64,000 nt of DNA, taken from the NCBI GenBank assembly GCA_050251875.1, contig JBFWMA010000003.1, positions 290,738 through 354,737 on the forward strand, read 5' to 3'. The translations under genes and the position numbers were made by a program. Source of the stretch: Deferribacterales bacterium. GTDB taxonomy: Bacteria > Chrysiogenota > Deferribacteres > Deferribacterales > Geovibrionaceae. Under the pieces are notes generated by a model that ran no database searches, was not told where the DNA came from, and saw only the letters and a program-made list of their open reading frames with translations. Shown here piece by piece: positions 48,715-58,385 of the stretch (its first letter is position 1; each line of letters opens with the position of its first letter).

Positions 48715-50439
48715 GTGATGAAAGGAACAAAATCGTCATATCTCTTTATAGGACTGATATTCTTATACTTTATAATGTTCTTTTTTCTGCCCCTGTCGCA
48801 GATAATGAAGATGGCTCTGTATGACAACTCCGGGGCTTACATAGGGCTGAAGAACTTTGCCGAGTATTTTTCATCGCCGAACATGCTGTCGTCTTTTAAA
48901 AACTCGTTTACAGTGTCGGGCATAGTTACCCTGCTTACTTTTCTGCTGGCGTTCTTTTACGCCTACAGCCTTTCGAGGATCAGGTTCAGAGGAAAATACG
49001 TTTTCAAATACATTTCCATGCTGTCGCTCTTCACTCCCACCATGCTCCACGGTATAGCTCTGGTCTATCTCTTCGGCAGACAGGGTATCGTTTCGAATAT
49101 GCTGGTTAGCTGGCTTAATACTAAGATGGGTACGGCACATGTCTTTCCGTTTGATATATACGGAGCGGTGGGAATAATCATCTCAGAGGTGATATACACC
49201 TTTCCCCACGCCTATCTGATATTGTCCGTTTCATTCGCCATGAGCGACTACAGGCTGTATGAGGCGGCGGAGACGCTGGGCGCCGGCAGGTTCAGACGGT
49301 TTTTCACCGTGACTCTGCCATCTGTGAAATACGGAGTGGTGAGCGCTCTTACCACTATATTTATCCTGAGCTTCACCGATATGGGAGCGCCTAAGATTGT
49401 GGGCGGTCAGTATAACGTGATGGCGGTGGATATATATAAACAGGTGATAGGACAGCAGAATTTTTCCATGGGCGCCACTGTCGCCGTTCTGCTTCTGGTG
49501 CCGGCTTTCATCGCTTTTTTTGTGGACAGGGCGATTCAGAAGAAACAGGACGCCACGTTCTCGTCAAAATCCGTGCCCTATGTTGCAGATAAAAATCTCT
49601 TCGCCGAGGTCACGGCGTTTACATACTGCCTGCTGGTGGCGCTTATGATTCTGGCTGTCATCGGTACGTCCGTGGTTGTGTCTTTTCTGAAGTTTTTTCC
49701 TTATGACATGACGTTCTCTCTGAAACACTACATGTTTAAATATGTCGCCGGGGATATCTCGTCATATTTCAACAGTCTGAAAATGTCCTTCGGCACAGCC
49801 GTGCTCGGCACAGCCGCCTCTTTCGCCGCCGCCTATGCTGCGGAGAAAATCAGGGCGTCTGAGATATTAAAGAAAACACCCTATATGCTTTCCATAATGA
49901 CCCTCGCCGTGCCGGGGCTGGTTATCGGGCTGGCGTATATTATATTTTTCAACTCCCCCACCATCAGTCTGCCGTTCATAGAGGTGAAGAACCCTCTGAT
50001 GTTCATATACGGCACAATGCTGATACTGATTCTGGCGAACATCATTCACTTCATCGCCGTTCCGGTGATGACTATCACCTCGACTTTGAAAAAACAGGAC
50101 AAGGAATACGACAGCGTGTCAGCCTCCATGGGCGTGCATCCGGTGAAAACTCTTTTCCGTGTGACACTGCCCCTGTCTATCAACGCCGTGCTGGATACGT
50201 TTTTTTACTTCTTCGTCAACTCCATGGTTACCATATCCGCCGTGATATTTCTCTATGGGCAGGAGACGAAGGTAGCCACCGTGGCGATAGTCAGCATGGA
50301 CGATGCCGGAGACACGGCAGCCGCCGCCGCTATGGCGAGCCTGATACTCTTCACCAATATGGCTGTGAAGATAATTTATGACATCGTATCGCATTATATA
50401 AAGAAAAAAACTGCCGCATGGCAGACTATTCAGAGGTAA
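48715..50439 (+). CDS. Aminoethylphosphonate ABC permease (fused double TM domain)
   Basis: IYTFPHA, RLYEAA..LGA, FVNSMVTISAVIFL, MDDAG..AAA. Confidence 0.88.
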   Translation: MMKGTKSSYLFIGLIFLYFIMFFFLPLSQIMKMALYDNSGAYIGLKNFAEYFSSPNMLSSFKNSFTVSGIVTLLTFLLAFFYAYSLSRIRFRGKYVFKYISMLSLFTPTMLHGIALVYLFGRQGIVSNMLVSWLNTKMGTAHVFPFDIYGAVGIIISEVIYTFPHAYLILSVSFAMSDYRLYEAAETLGAGRFRRFFTVTLPSVKYGVVSALTTIFILSFTDMGAPKIVGGQYNVMAVDIYKQVIGQQNFSMGATVAVLLLVPAFIAFFVDRAIQKKQDATFSSKSVPYVADKNLFAEVTAFTYCLLVALMILAVIGTSVVVSFLKFFPYDMTFSLKHYMFKYVAGDISSYFNSLKMSFGTAVLGTAASFAAAYAAEKIRASEILKKTPYMLSIMTLAVPGLVIGLAYIIFFNSPTISLPFIEVKNPLMFIYGTMLILILANIIHFIAVPVMTITSTLKKQDKEYDSVSASMGVHPVKTLFRVTLPLSINAVLDTFFYFFVNSMVTISAVIFLYGQETKVATVAIVSMDDAGDTAAAAAMASLILFTNMAVKIIYDIVSHYIKKKTAAWQTIQR

Positions 50440-50442
50440 CAC

Positions 50443-52581
50443 ATGAACATGAAAGCTGTGATATTCGACTGGGCGGGAACAACTGTGGACTATGGGTGCT
50501 TCGCTCCCGTTGCCGCCATCATAGACACGCTGGCGATAGAGGGCATCAGCATATCAGCAGATGCTGTCAGACAGCACATGGGCATGAAGAAGCGTGACCA
50601 CATCGGCGAAATATTCAAGATGGAAGATATCAGAGAGCAGTACAGACAGAAAAACGGCGAAGACGCCTCCGAGGCGGATATAGACGCTATATATGAAAAG
50701 GTGGACAGGAGGCTGACAGACAGCCTGACAGATTTCAGCACGCCCATAGAAGGCATCATAGACGTGGTGGCAGGTATCAGGGAAATGGGGCTGAAGATAG
50801 GCTCCACCACCGGATATACCAAAGACATGATGAAGGTGGTGCGCAAATGCGCCGCCGAGCAGGGATATGACCCCGACTGGCTGGTGGCGTCAGACGAGAT
50901 GCCCGCCGGACGTCCCGCCCCCTGGATGTGCTATGAAAACATGAAACAGCTCGGCACATTCCCGGCTCACTGCTGTGTGAAGATAGGAGACACCATCAGC
51001 GATATAAAAGAAGGGCTGAACGCCGGAATGTGGTCGGTGGGAATAGTGATGGGCGGAAGCGAGATGGGTTTCAGCGAGGCAGAAGCGGGGTCGCTGGACA
51101 GCTACACCGTGATGAAAAAGGCGCACGAAACAGCCGAAAGACTCTATGAGGCAGGCGCACACTATGTGGCTGTGTTCAATACGGAGATAATAGATATTCT
51201 GAAAAAGATAGATAGTAAGGTGGCTAATGGTACGATGCCGTCAGCCGGAGAAAGAAGCGCCGTAACAGAAGGCGAATCAAACGGAAGCGTTCTGAGATCG
51301 TTCAGAAACAGGACGCTGACAGGCAGATCAAAGGAGCTGGTGAAACGGGACGCCGATGTGTTTATCATACAGGCTCTGTCGTCTCCCTGTCTGGATTCCG
51401 CCGAAGCCTGCCATGGAGCGGGCTTCACACTGACAGACGGCACAGAGGTTATGGATTTTCACGGGAACGGAGTGCATCAGGGCGGTTTCGGCAACGACGC
51501 CGTCAGAGAGGCGGTTACCAGGCAGATGGACACCCTGTCTTTCTGTCCCAGAAGATATACCAACGAAAAAGCGGTTCTGCTGGCGGAAAAACTGATAAGC
51601 GTTACGGACGGCGCCATGAGCAGAGTGCTCTATGCCCCTGCCGCCACACTCGCCATGAGCAGCGCTATCAAGCTGGCTATGAAGATAACCGGAAAGAAAA
51701 AATTCATGTCCACATACGGCTCTTTCCACGGGGCGAGCCTGTGCGCTTTGTCCGCCGCCGGAGACGCCGGATTTCTGAAGGGCATCAGTGGTTTTGACAT
51801 CGGCGAAAATTTTCTTCCATACAACACATATACCTGTATGTTCAGAGACTGCTCCGACTGCGGGTACAAATGTCTCGATTTGCTGGATAAACGGCTGAAA
51901 GAGAACCCGAACGTTGCCGGAGTGATTCTGGAGGCGGTGAGATGCACCACAGTGCATGTGCCGGATGACGGGTATTTCAGAAAGCTGGACGGGATATGCA
52001 GAAAACACGGCGTGCTGAAGATATTTGACGAGACGGCGACCGGGCTGGGTAAATCGGGCAGGTGGTTCGCTTATCAGAATTTTGATGTTGAGCCGGATAT
52101 GCTTGTCGCCGGAAAAGGGCTGGGCGGGGGAGTAATGCCTCTGGCGTGCCTGATGATAAGAGACGGGCTCGACAGCGCCTTTGACATATCCATCGGTCAC
52201 TACACCCACGAGAAAAGCCCCGTTGCGTGTGTGGCAGGGCTGGCGGCTATAGAATACATTGAGAAGGAAAATCTGCTGGAAAAAGCGGTGACGGACGGCG
52301 GATATTTCGCCTCGCTGCTCGGCGGGTTAAAAGGCGCTCACGGCATCATCGGCGATGTCAGGCATTTGGGGCTGATGGCGGCTGTGGAGCTGGACAGAGA
52401 GCTTGCCGACAGAAATTTTATGGCGGAATACGCCATGTACAGATGTCTGGATATGGGCATGAGTTTTAAGGTATCAGCTGGAAGCGTGCTGACTCTCTCC
52501 CCTGCGCTGACTATCACCCGTGACGAGATGGACAGGGCGGCTGAAATCCTGAACACATCGCTGAAAGAAATAAGAATATAG
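50443..52581 (+). CDS. phnX: Fusion of phosphonoacetaldehyde hydrolase (PhnX) and a class-III PLP enzyme of PbfA type ((R)-1-hydroxy-2-aminoethylphosphonate ammonia-lyase-like)
   Basis: N-terminal VIFDWAGTTVDYG, MG.KK.DHI, GRPAPWM, KIGDT..DI.EG. C-terminal QALSSPCL, MDFHGN.VHQ, PRRYTN, GKGLGGG, GHYTHEKSP. One uninterrupted 712-aa ORF. Confidence 0.85.
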   Translation: MNMKAVIFDWAGTTVDYGCFAPVAAIIDTLAIEGISISADAVRQHMGMKKRDHIGEIFKMEDIREQYRQKNGEDASEADIDAIYEKVDRRLTDSLTDFSTPIEGIIDVVAGIREMGLKIGSTTGYTKDMMKVVRKCAAEQGYDPDWLVASDEMPAGRPAPWMCYENMKQLGTFPAHCCVKIGDTISDIKEGLNAGMWSVGIVMGGSEMGFSEAEAGSLDSYTVMKKAHETAERLYEAGAHYVAVFNTEIIDILKKIDSKVANGTMPSAGERSAVTEGESNGSVLRSFRNRTLTGRSKELVKRDADVFIIQALSSPCLDSAEACHGAGFTLTDGTEVMDFHGNGVHQGGFGNDAVREAVTRQMDTLSFCPRRYTNEKAVLLAEKLISVTDGAMSRVLYAPAATLAMSSAIKLAMKITGKKKFMSTYGSFHGASLCALSAAGDAGFLKGISGFDIGENFLPYNTYTCMFRDCSDCGYKCLDLLDKRLKENPNVAGVILEAVRCTTVHVPDDGYFRKLDGICRKHGVLKIFDETATGLGKSGRWFAYQNFDVEPDMLVAGKGLGGGVMPLACLMIRDGLDSAFDISIGHYTHEKSPVACVAGLAAIEYIEKENLLEKAVTDGGYFASLLGGLKGAHGIIGDVRHLGLMAAVELDRELADRNFMAEYAMYRCLDMGMSFKVSAGSVLTLSPALTITRDEMDRAAEILNTSLKEIRI

Positions 52582-52591
52582 GTGAAATAAA

Positions 52592-53683
52592 ATGCATAAA
52601 TTCGATAACAATTATCTCCTTCTGACCCCCGGACCTCTGACAACCACAAAAACAGTGAAAGAGGCTATGGCGTTTGACGTTCCCACCAGAGACAAGGGAT
52701 ATTCCGAGATGGTGCAGGAGATCAGAGCGGAGCTCGCCACTCTAGCCTCCGCATCAGATGAATATACCGCGGTGCTGGTGCAGGGCTCCGGCACATTTGC
52801 CGTGGAGGCGATGATTACGGGCGCTGTAGGCAGAGATCAGAAACTGCTGATTGCGGTGAACGGAGCCTATGGCGAGCGTATGGCGGATATAGCGAAGATG
52901 GCGGGGATTCCCCACGAGACAGTGACGTTTGACGAGGACGAGGCTGTGGAGCCCGAGGCTGTGAGAGCGAAGCTCAGCGAAGGCGGTTTTACGCATTTTG
53001 CCGTGATACATCTGGAGACCACCACAGGTATACTGAACCCCGTGGAAGAGCTGGGTAAAATATGCGCCGGGCTGGGCGTTGTTTTTCTGGCGGACTGCAT
53101 GAGCAGTTTCGGGTCTATACCGTTTGATATGAAAGAGAGCGGTATTCATTTTCTGGCGGCGTCATCTAACAAATGTCTTCAGGGCGTGCCGGGCATCGGA
53201 TTTGTGATTTTCAGAAAAGATATGGCGGAATCATGCCGGGGCAAGGGACAGTCTCTGTCGCTGAATCTGTATGAGCAGTATAGGTTTATGGAGGATTCCG
53301 GAGGCGGTTTCCGCTTTACGTCACCCACGCATGTGATACTCGGGTTCGCTCAGGCTCTGCGTGAGCTGAGGGACGAGGGCGGCGTGGCGAGCAGAAACAG
53401 AAGATATGCCGACAGCCAGAAAACCCTTTCTGACGGTATGCAGGAGCTGGGGTTCGAGCTTTTTCTGGAGAAAGGCGTGCAGTCGCCCGTTATCACCACT
53501 TTTATCAAGCCGGACGGACTGGATTTTGAGAAGATGTACAGCTTTCTGAGAGATAACGGTTTTTACATATATCCGGGCAAGCTGACAAAGAAGCAGACCT
53601 TCCGCATAGGCACCATAGGCAATGTCTTTCCGCAGGATATCAGACGCCTGCTGCTGCTCATCAGCGACTATCTGGAGAGCTGA
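52592..53683 (+). CDS. phnW: 2-aminoethylphosphonate--pyruvate transaminase
   Basis: YLLLTPGPLTT, QGSGT, HLETTTGILNP, DCMSSFG, SSNKCLQG, RFTSPTH, IYPGKL. Confidence 0.95.
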   Translation: MHKFDNNYLLLTPGPLTTTKTVKEAMAFDVPTRDKGYSEMVQEIRAELATLASASDEYTAVLVQGSGTFAVEAMITGAVGRDQKLLIAVNGAYGERMADIAKMAGIPHETVTFDEDEAVEPEAVRAKLSEGGFTHFAVIHLETTTGILNPVEELGKICAGLGVVFLADCMSSFGSIPFDMKESGIHFLAASSNKCLQGVPGIGFVIFRKDMAESCRGKGQSLSLNLYEQYRFMEDSGGGFRFTSPTHVILGFAQALRELRDEGGVASRNRRYADSQKTLSDGMQELGFELFLEKGVQSPVITTFIKPDGLDFEKMYSFLRDNGFYIYPGKLTKKQTFRIGTIGNVFPQDIRRLLLLISDYLES

Positions 53684-53730
53684 GAAAACCGCAGGTGCGT
53701 TTTTTCGCTGATTATGCTATAAGCGATGTC

Positions 53731-54366
53731 ATGAAGAATATTGTAATATTACTGCTTATAGCATTTGCCGTTTCTGCCTGTTATCACAGAGACCCTCTGG
53801 CTGACCCGAACGTGCTGGGTCTGACGGGTGACTACAGCTTCAGAGAGCTGACCCGCTCAGAGAAGGAAGACGTGATAAAACAGATTAAATCCGCCGAAGG
53901 CGTGAAATATGTCTGGGGCGGTCAGTCTTTTACCGATGGTGTGGACTGTTCGGGGCTTCTGGTGTGGTCTTATGCCATGCTGGGATATTCAGGATTCCGC
54001 AAGGACGACACAGTTGTCTATGACCTGACGTCAAACGATATGTCCATGTATGATGTGGATCACGCCGTGCCCGTTACGGATAACGCTCAGCTTCTGGATT
54101 ATGAGATGGGTGATTTTCTGTTTTTCGATGTGAACGCAGACGGCAGGGTGGATCATGTGGCGGTTTTTATGCATTATGATCCGGAAAAGGACGCCGTATG
54201 GGTCTGGGACGCCTCCACAAACACGGGAAGGGTGGCATACAGAGAGTTTTACGGCTTTCTCAAGAAAAACCCGAAGATAGGCAGACCAGTGAAGCCTGTT
54301 CGGAATGAGATTCCCGCAGACTGTACCGCCTGCGCCGAAATCAGCGGAGCCGGCATAAGTCAGTAG
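53731..54366 (+). CDS. NlpC/P60 family lipoprotein
   Basis: Lipobox VSAC, YVWGG, DCSG, GDFLFF, DHVA. Confidence 0.85.
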   Translation: MKNIVILLLIAFAVSACYHRDPLADPNVLGLTGDYSFRELTRSEKEDVIKQIKSAEGVKYVWGGQSFTDGVDCSGLLVWSYAMLGYSGFRKDDTVVYDLTSNDMSMYDVDHAVPVTDNAQLLDYEMGDFLFFDVNADGRVDHVAVFMHYDPEKDAVWVWDASTNTGRVAYREFYGFLKKNPKIGRPVKPVRNEIPADCTACAEISGAGISQ

Positions 54367-54464
54367 TTCATCATAACCCTTATATAAACTAATGTTGAAT
54401 ATTCTCGCTTATTACATGTATAATTTGTTGACGAATAAATTATTGTATTTACGGGGTACTCATT

Positions 54465-56336
54465 ATGAAAAAGACAGCTTTAATTATATTTGCCGTTTTG
54501 CTTTTGTATTCATGCGGAGGCGGCGGCTCTTCCGCCGGTTCTTCCGATCTTATCGTGAGATCGGTTTCCGGTGAGTCAACAGCCGGTTCCGGTCAGTTCT
54601 ATGACATCACATACAAAGTATATTCCGCCAAAGCGGAGAGCGGTGTGGTTACCAAATTCTATCTGGTTGAAGACGGCTCCTTAAAATCAAAAACATCCGA
54701 AAGAGATGATGTAGCGACTCAGTATTACATAGGGGCAGACAGTTTTAACCCCTCCGCCGGAGTGAACACCCGGGGCTTTTCCATTCAGATACCTTCAGAG
54801 ATTACAGCATCCGGATCATTTTATATCGTTGCCGATATCGACCCTGATAACCTGATAGACGAAGCGAACGAATCAAACAACAGTCCCGAGAACAACTCGT
54901 CAGCAGTGTCCTCTTCAACAGTATCACTGGACGCAAGCACAGCGGACGATACTAACCTTATCATAGATAATGTGGAGCTTCAGAGCAGTTCGATAGTTTT
55001 CGACAGCTATGACACTGGCGACCCGACAGCGCACACCGCTCTGGGTAATGCGGACGGTGATCACCCTTTTCTGAGAAAAGCTCATTTAAAAGGACATGTT
55101 AACATCGTGGTGGAGGGCAAGGAACCTTCCGCCGCGGAGATGAACAACGTTAAGCTGAAAGTTCAGGTGAACGTAGGCGGGACATGGAGGGATGTGGATT
55201 ATTGGAGCAATACGCTTCAGACATTTTCAGGTTCGACAACTTTCGCCCTTCTGAACAGGTCTCTGGAATCACTGGACGATGACGAGGAATCGGTTCCTAT
55301 GACGCCGGAACACACTATGGATATAGATGTCAGCTTTCCGGAGGCTGTTGTGGACGACATGGTGGCATATGCGGCGTCCAACACCAACACATTTGAGGTC
55401 AGAGTCATTCTGAACTCTGATGATGCCGTAGCCGAAACAACAAAGGCAGATAACACATACAGCATGAACGTATCCATATATTCCGCCGGAGTCTCCGCAT
55501 CGCCTTATATGCTGGAAAACAGTTTTAAAAAGCATGTGGGCGACAGAAGCAAGATCAGGCTCGGTGTGGAGATGTATTCCAATATAGGGCTGGTGATGAC
55601 CGCAGACCAGCACGGCGCTCTGTGCAGCAACGGGATATCTTTCCCGATAACTGTGTTCAAACACAGCTCGACTCTGATAGATATCTCCAGCATATACGCG
55701 GCATATGCGGATGACCCGAATAACTCCGGATATTCCAACAAAATCGAATTTCTGGGAACAGTAGTTGATATGGATGAAAACTGGGCTCTGCCGCAGACCA
55801 TCTCTTATCCTAAATCGTGGAATCAGACTCAGGAGATCGCCAACGCTGAGCTGATGGTGGGACCTGTCCCTGTGAATGTGGAGACAGGAGCCACAGGCAC
55901 CATCGGATATGTGCTGTCCATAACGCTGAACTCAACAGGCGTTACATCTTCCAACCACCTGCCAGATGCCTCTCTGGGGCTTTATGCGGAGGCAGGAGTG
56001 GGAACATCGTCTTTCTCCGCCGGACCTGTGGTGGATCTGACGCTGATTGAAGAGCTTCTGAAAGTTGTCGCCTCTTCATCTTTTACATATAATTCCGGCG
56101 ATGACGATTTGGATGACGGAACGCTGGGGCTGACAGTTACCAACGATATTGACGCTATCTCAGGCAAGTTCGGATTATATGTGAAATACCGTACTGTAAA
56201 ATGGTGTCATAAATTCGGTGTGCCGTATCCCTGTGGAACCAAAAAGAAAAAATCGACCAAATGGATATATGAGACGGACTCGCTCTATCATAAAAAGAGT
56301 ACACTGCTGAACGAGTCGCACTCATGGACTTTCTGA
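54465..56336 (+). CDS. Lipoprotein with CARDB/Ig-like domains and a C-terminal beta-rich domain (VGPVPV motif)
   Basis: Lipobox LYSC plus GGGGSS linker; DIDPDNLIDEANESNN CARDB-like motif; second degenerate copy NSDDAVAETTKADN; amphipathic beta strands in the last ~280 aa. Confidence 0.75.
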   Translation: MKKTALIIFAVLLLYSCGGGGSSAGSSDLIVRSVSGESTAGSGQFYDITYKVYSAKAESGVVTKFYLVEDGSLKSKTSERDDVATQYYIGADSFNPSAGVNTRGFSIQIPSEITASGSFYIVADIDPDNLIDEANESNNSPENNSSAVSSSTVSLDASTADDTNLIIDNVELQSSSIVFDSYDTGDPTAHTALGNADGDHPFLRKAHLKGHVNIVVEGKEPSAAEMNNVKLKVQVNVGGTWRDVDYWSNTLQTFSGSTTFALLNRSLESLDDDEESVPMTPEHTMDIDVSFPEAVVDDMVAYAASNTNTFEVRVILNSDDAVAETTKADNTYSMNVSIYSAGVSASPYMLENSFKKHVGDRSKIRLGVEMYSNIGLVMTADQHGALCSNGISFPITVFKHSSTLIDISSIYAAYADDPNNSGYSNKIEFLGTVVDMDENWALPQTISYPKSWNQTQEIANAELMVGPVPVNVETGATGTIGYVLSITLNSTGVTSSNHLPDASLGLYAEAGVGTSSFSAGPVVDLTLIEELLKVVASSSFTYNSGDDDLDDGTLGLTVTNDIDAISGKFGLYVKYRTVKWCHKFGVPYPCGTKKKKSTKWIYETDSLYHKKSTLLNESHSWTF

Positions 56337-58081
56337 AAAAATATCTGTTAATCTTCATAGTATTTATCATAGCTCTGTCTGTATCCTTCTTCATTTTTAT
56401 GGAGAAGGAGCAGACGGGGATCTCAGCATCTGAAGTGGCGCCGGAGCGTTTTAGTAAGGGTGCGTACTTCTTTAGATACAGTATGTCCGGCGATATTGTT
56501 TTCCGCCTGACAGAAGAAGAGACAAGAACATCTGTAAGCGTTGACGGAACCCTGCAAATGCGGGTTTATGATGTTCAGGATAAGGTTGTTAAGGCAGGGT
56601 TCTGTCTGAGCCCCGTATCTGTAATGACAGGCGGCGGACGTGACGCCGGGCTGGAGATGCTGTATTCCACACATTTTCTGGCGGATATGGATATGGACGG
56701 GCGTTTTATCCGGTTCTATCTGCCATCGGGGATAGCGCATGCAGAGGCGAAGGCGCTGAAAAATCTGATGCAGTCGCTGGAAGTGATTTTTTCTGAAGAC
56801 GAGAGCTATACGGAGGAGCAGACGGACGCTCTGGGTTCATATCAGGCACTATATGAGATGAACGGAGCTACTGTGAACAAAACCAAAAAAACATATGACA
56901 AAGTCACAGCGTCATATTTAGGTTACGATTCGCTGAGCATTCATCCACGGGAGTTTTCGTGTGCTTTTACCCCTGCGGTCGATGGCGGATGGCTTGATTC
57001 AGTATACATCAGGGAAACGCTGGATATCTCTGCCGGAGGGCGGGACATTGTGTCGGCGCATACGAAAATATCTGTTCAGAGACGGACAGGAATCAGATTG
57101 TCTGTCAGCGGTCTGAAAGACAGCTATGAGGAAGAGAAACAGGCTCTTCAGACCGGAAAACATGAACCGGCAGCAGAGAGATCCGGTGATGTTTTTGATC
57201 TGAAGAATATCGGTGATAAAAATTCCAGAGAGATTTCGATAGAGTTTAAGAGATATATAATACAGAACCCGGAATATACCGCACAGATACCGAAAATGCT
57301 GAAAAGAGAGGCTCTGACAGACGCTCAGCGCAGAGAGATAATCAATGTGCTCGGTCTGGCTGGAACAGAGGTGGCTCAGAAGGCGTTGACCGATATTTCA
57401 TCTGATGCATCCCAGAGGGGTGAAGACAGATTCCGCGCGGCGGTGTCTATGGGGTCAGTGGATGTTCCGCTGACTGATGGAGCTGAACGATATCTGCTCA
57501 GCCAATGTGGTAAGGCGGCTTATGATAAAACCGGCGCTGCGGCAGCGGCTGTTCTTTCGGCTGGTTCTGTCGTGAAAAACCTCAGAGAAAACTATCCGGA
57601 AGAGGCAAAAGCTCTGGCGGATAAGATTGTTTACGAACTGCGTTCGGCTGATGAAAAAAATATAAACTATGTGCTCGCTTCACTTGGGAATACCGCTATG
57701 GCTGAGTATGAGGATGTTATAACTCCGTATCTGGACAGCGGCAGTCCGCAGACAAGAGCGGCAGCGGCGGAATCTCTTAAATATATGCCGGGAGAGAGTG
57801 TTAGTGAAACGCTTGGCTCAATGCTGACGGATGGTGATGCGCTGGTGAGAATGGCGGCGGCAAGAACACTAACCGCCAGAACTGTGAACGCATCGGTAAT
57901 CAGTGATGTGATATCCGTGAGCCGGACAGAGAGCAACACAAACGTCCGCCACGATATAATAAAGATACTTACGGCGGATAAGGATAATCCAGCCGCGGCG
58001 CAGGCTATGCGTGATATGCTGGCATCGGAAAAATCAAAGGAAAACATAAAAATGATTCTGGAAGCCGTGGGAACGGATTGA
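56324..58081 (+). CDS. Membrane-anchored protein with a vitellogenin/MTP N-terminal-like beta domain and helical/HEAT repeats
   Basis: N-terminal TM; F...DG.F......LKNLMQSLE.....E.DALG.Y.A.Y.....KTK; VLGLAGT..AQ.AL; LASLGNT; HEAT repeats (TRAAAAESL, VRMAAARTL). 13-nt overlap with the upstream gene. Confidence 0.7.
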   Translation: MDFLKKYLLIFIVFIIALSVSFFIFMEKEQTGISASEVAPERFSKGAYFFRYSMSGDIVFRLTEEETRTSVSVDGTLQMRVYDVQDKVVKAGFCLSPVSVMTGGGRDAGLEMLYSTHFLADMDMDGRFIRFYLPSGIAHAEAKALKNLMQSLEVIFSEDESYTEEQTDALGSYQALYEMNGATVNKTKKTYDKVTASYLGYDSLSIHPREFSCAFTPAVDGGWLDSVYIRETLDISAGGRDIVSAHTKISVQRRTGIRLSVSGLKDSYEEEKQALQTGKHEPAAERSGDVFDLKNIGDKNSREISIEFKRYIIQNPEYTAQIPKMLKREALTDAQRREIINVLGLAGTEVAQKALTDISSDASQRGEDRFRAAVSMGSVDVPLTDGAERYLLSQCGKAAYDKTGAAAAAVLSAGSVVKNLRENYPEEAKALADKIVYELRSADEKNINYVLASLGNTAMAEYEDVITPYLDSGSPQTRAAAAESLKYMPGESVSETLGSMLTDGDALVRMAAARTLTARTVNASVISDVISVSRTESNTNVRHDIIKILTADKDNPAAAQAMRDMLASEKSKENIKMILEAVGTD

Positions 58082-58385
58082 TAAACACAATAATAAGAGA
58101 CCAGGTAGATCTGTAATCCAACCGCCAATCTGAGCACATGTATATTGGTAATGATCAAAGCTGTTATTTTAGCTATAACCACGATATAGGTCTGGTAAAT
58201 AAGCAATGGACAATTCCGTATACCATGATATGTAAATGCAAGTAGCTCTACCACAATTATAATATAAATTAAAACTCTTTTATTAATTTTGCTCAATAAG
58301 AATCATCAGTATAATAAGTGATATTTAATATACATTTTGATGATAATGTTGTTATAATTGCAAATATATTTAAGAGAGGTTAATA

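Noticed and set aside
57667..58296. 209-aa minus-strand ORF with a hydrophobic N-terminus
   Set aside because: Most of it is antisense to the HEAT gene. The AT-rich 58082-58296 part may be a decayed membrane-protein remnant, but no family is recognisable.
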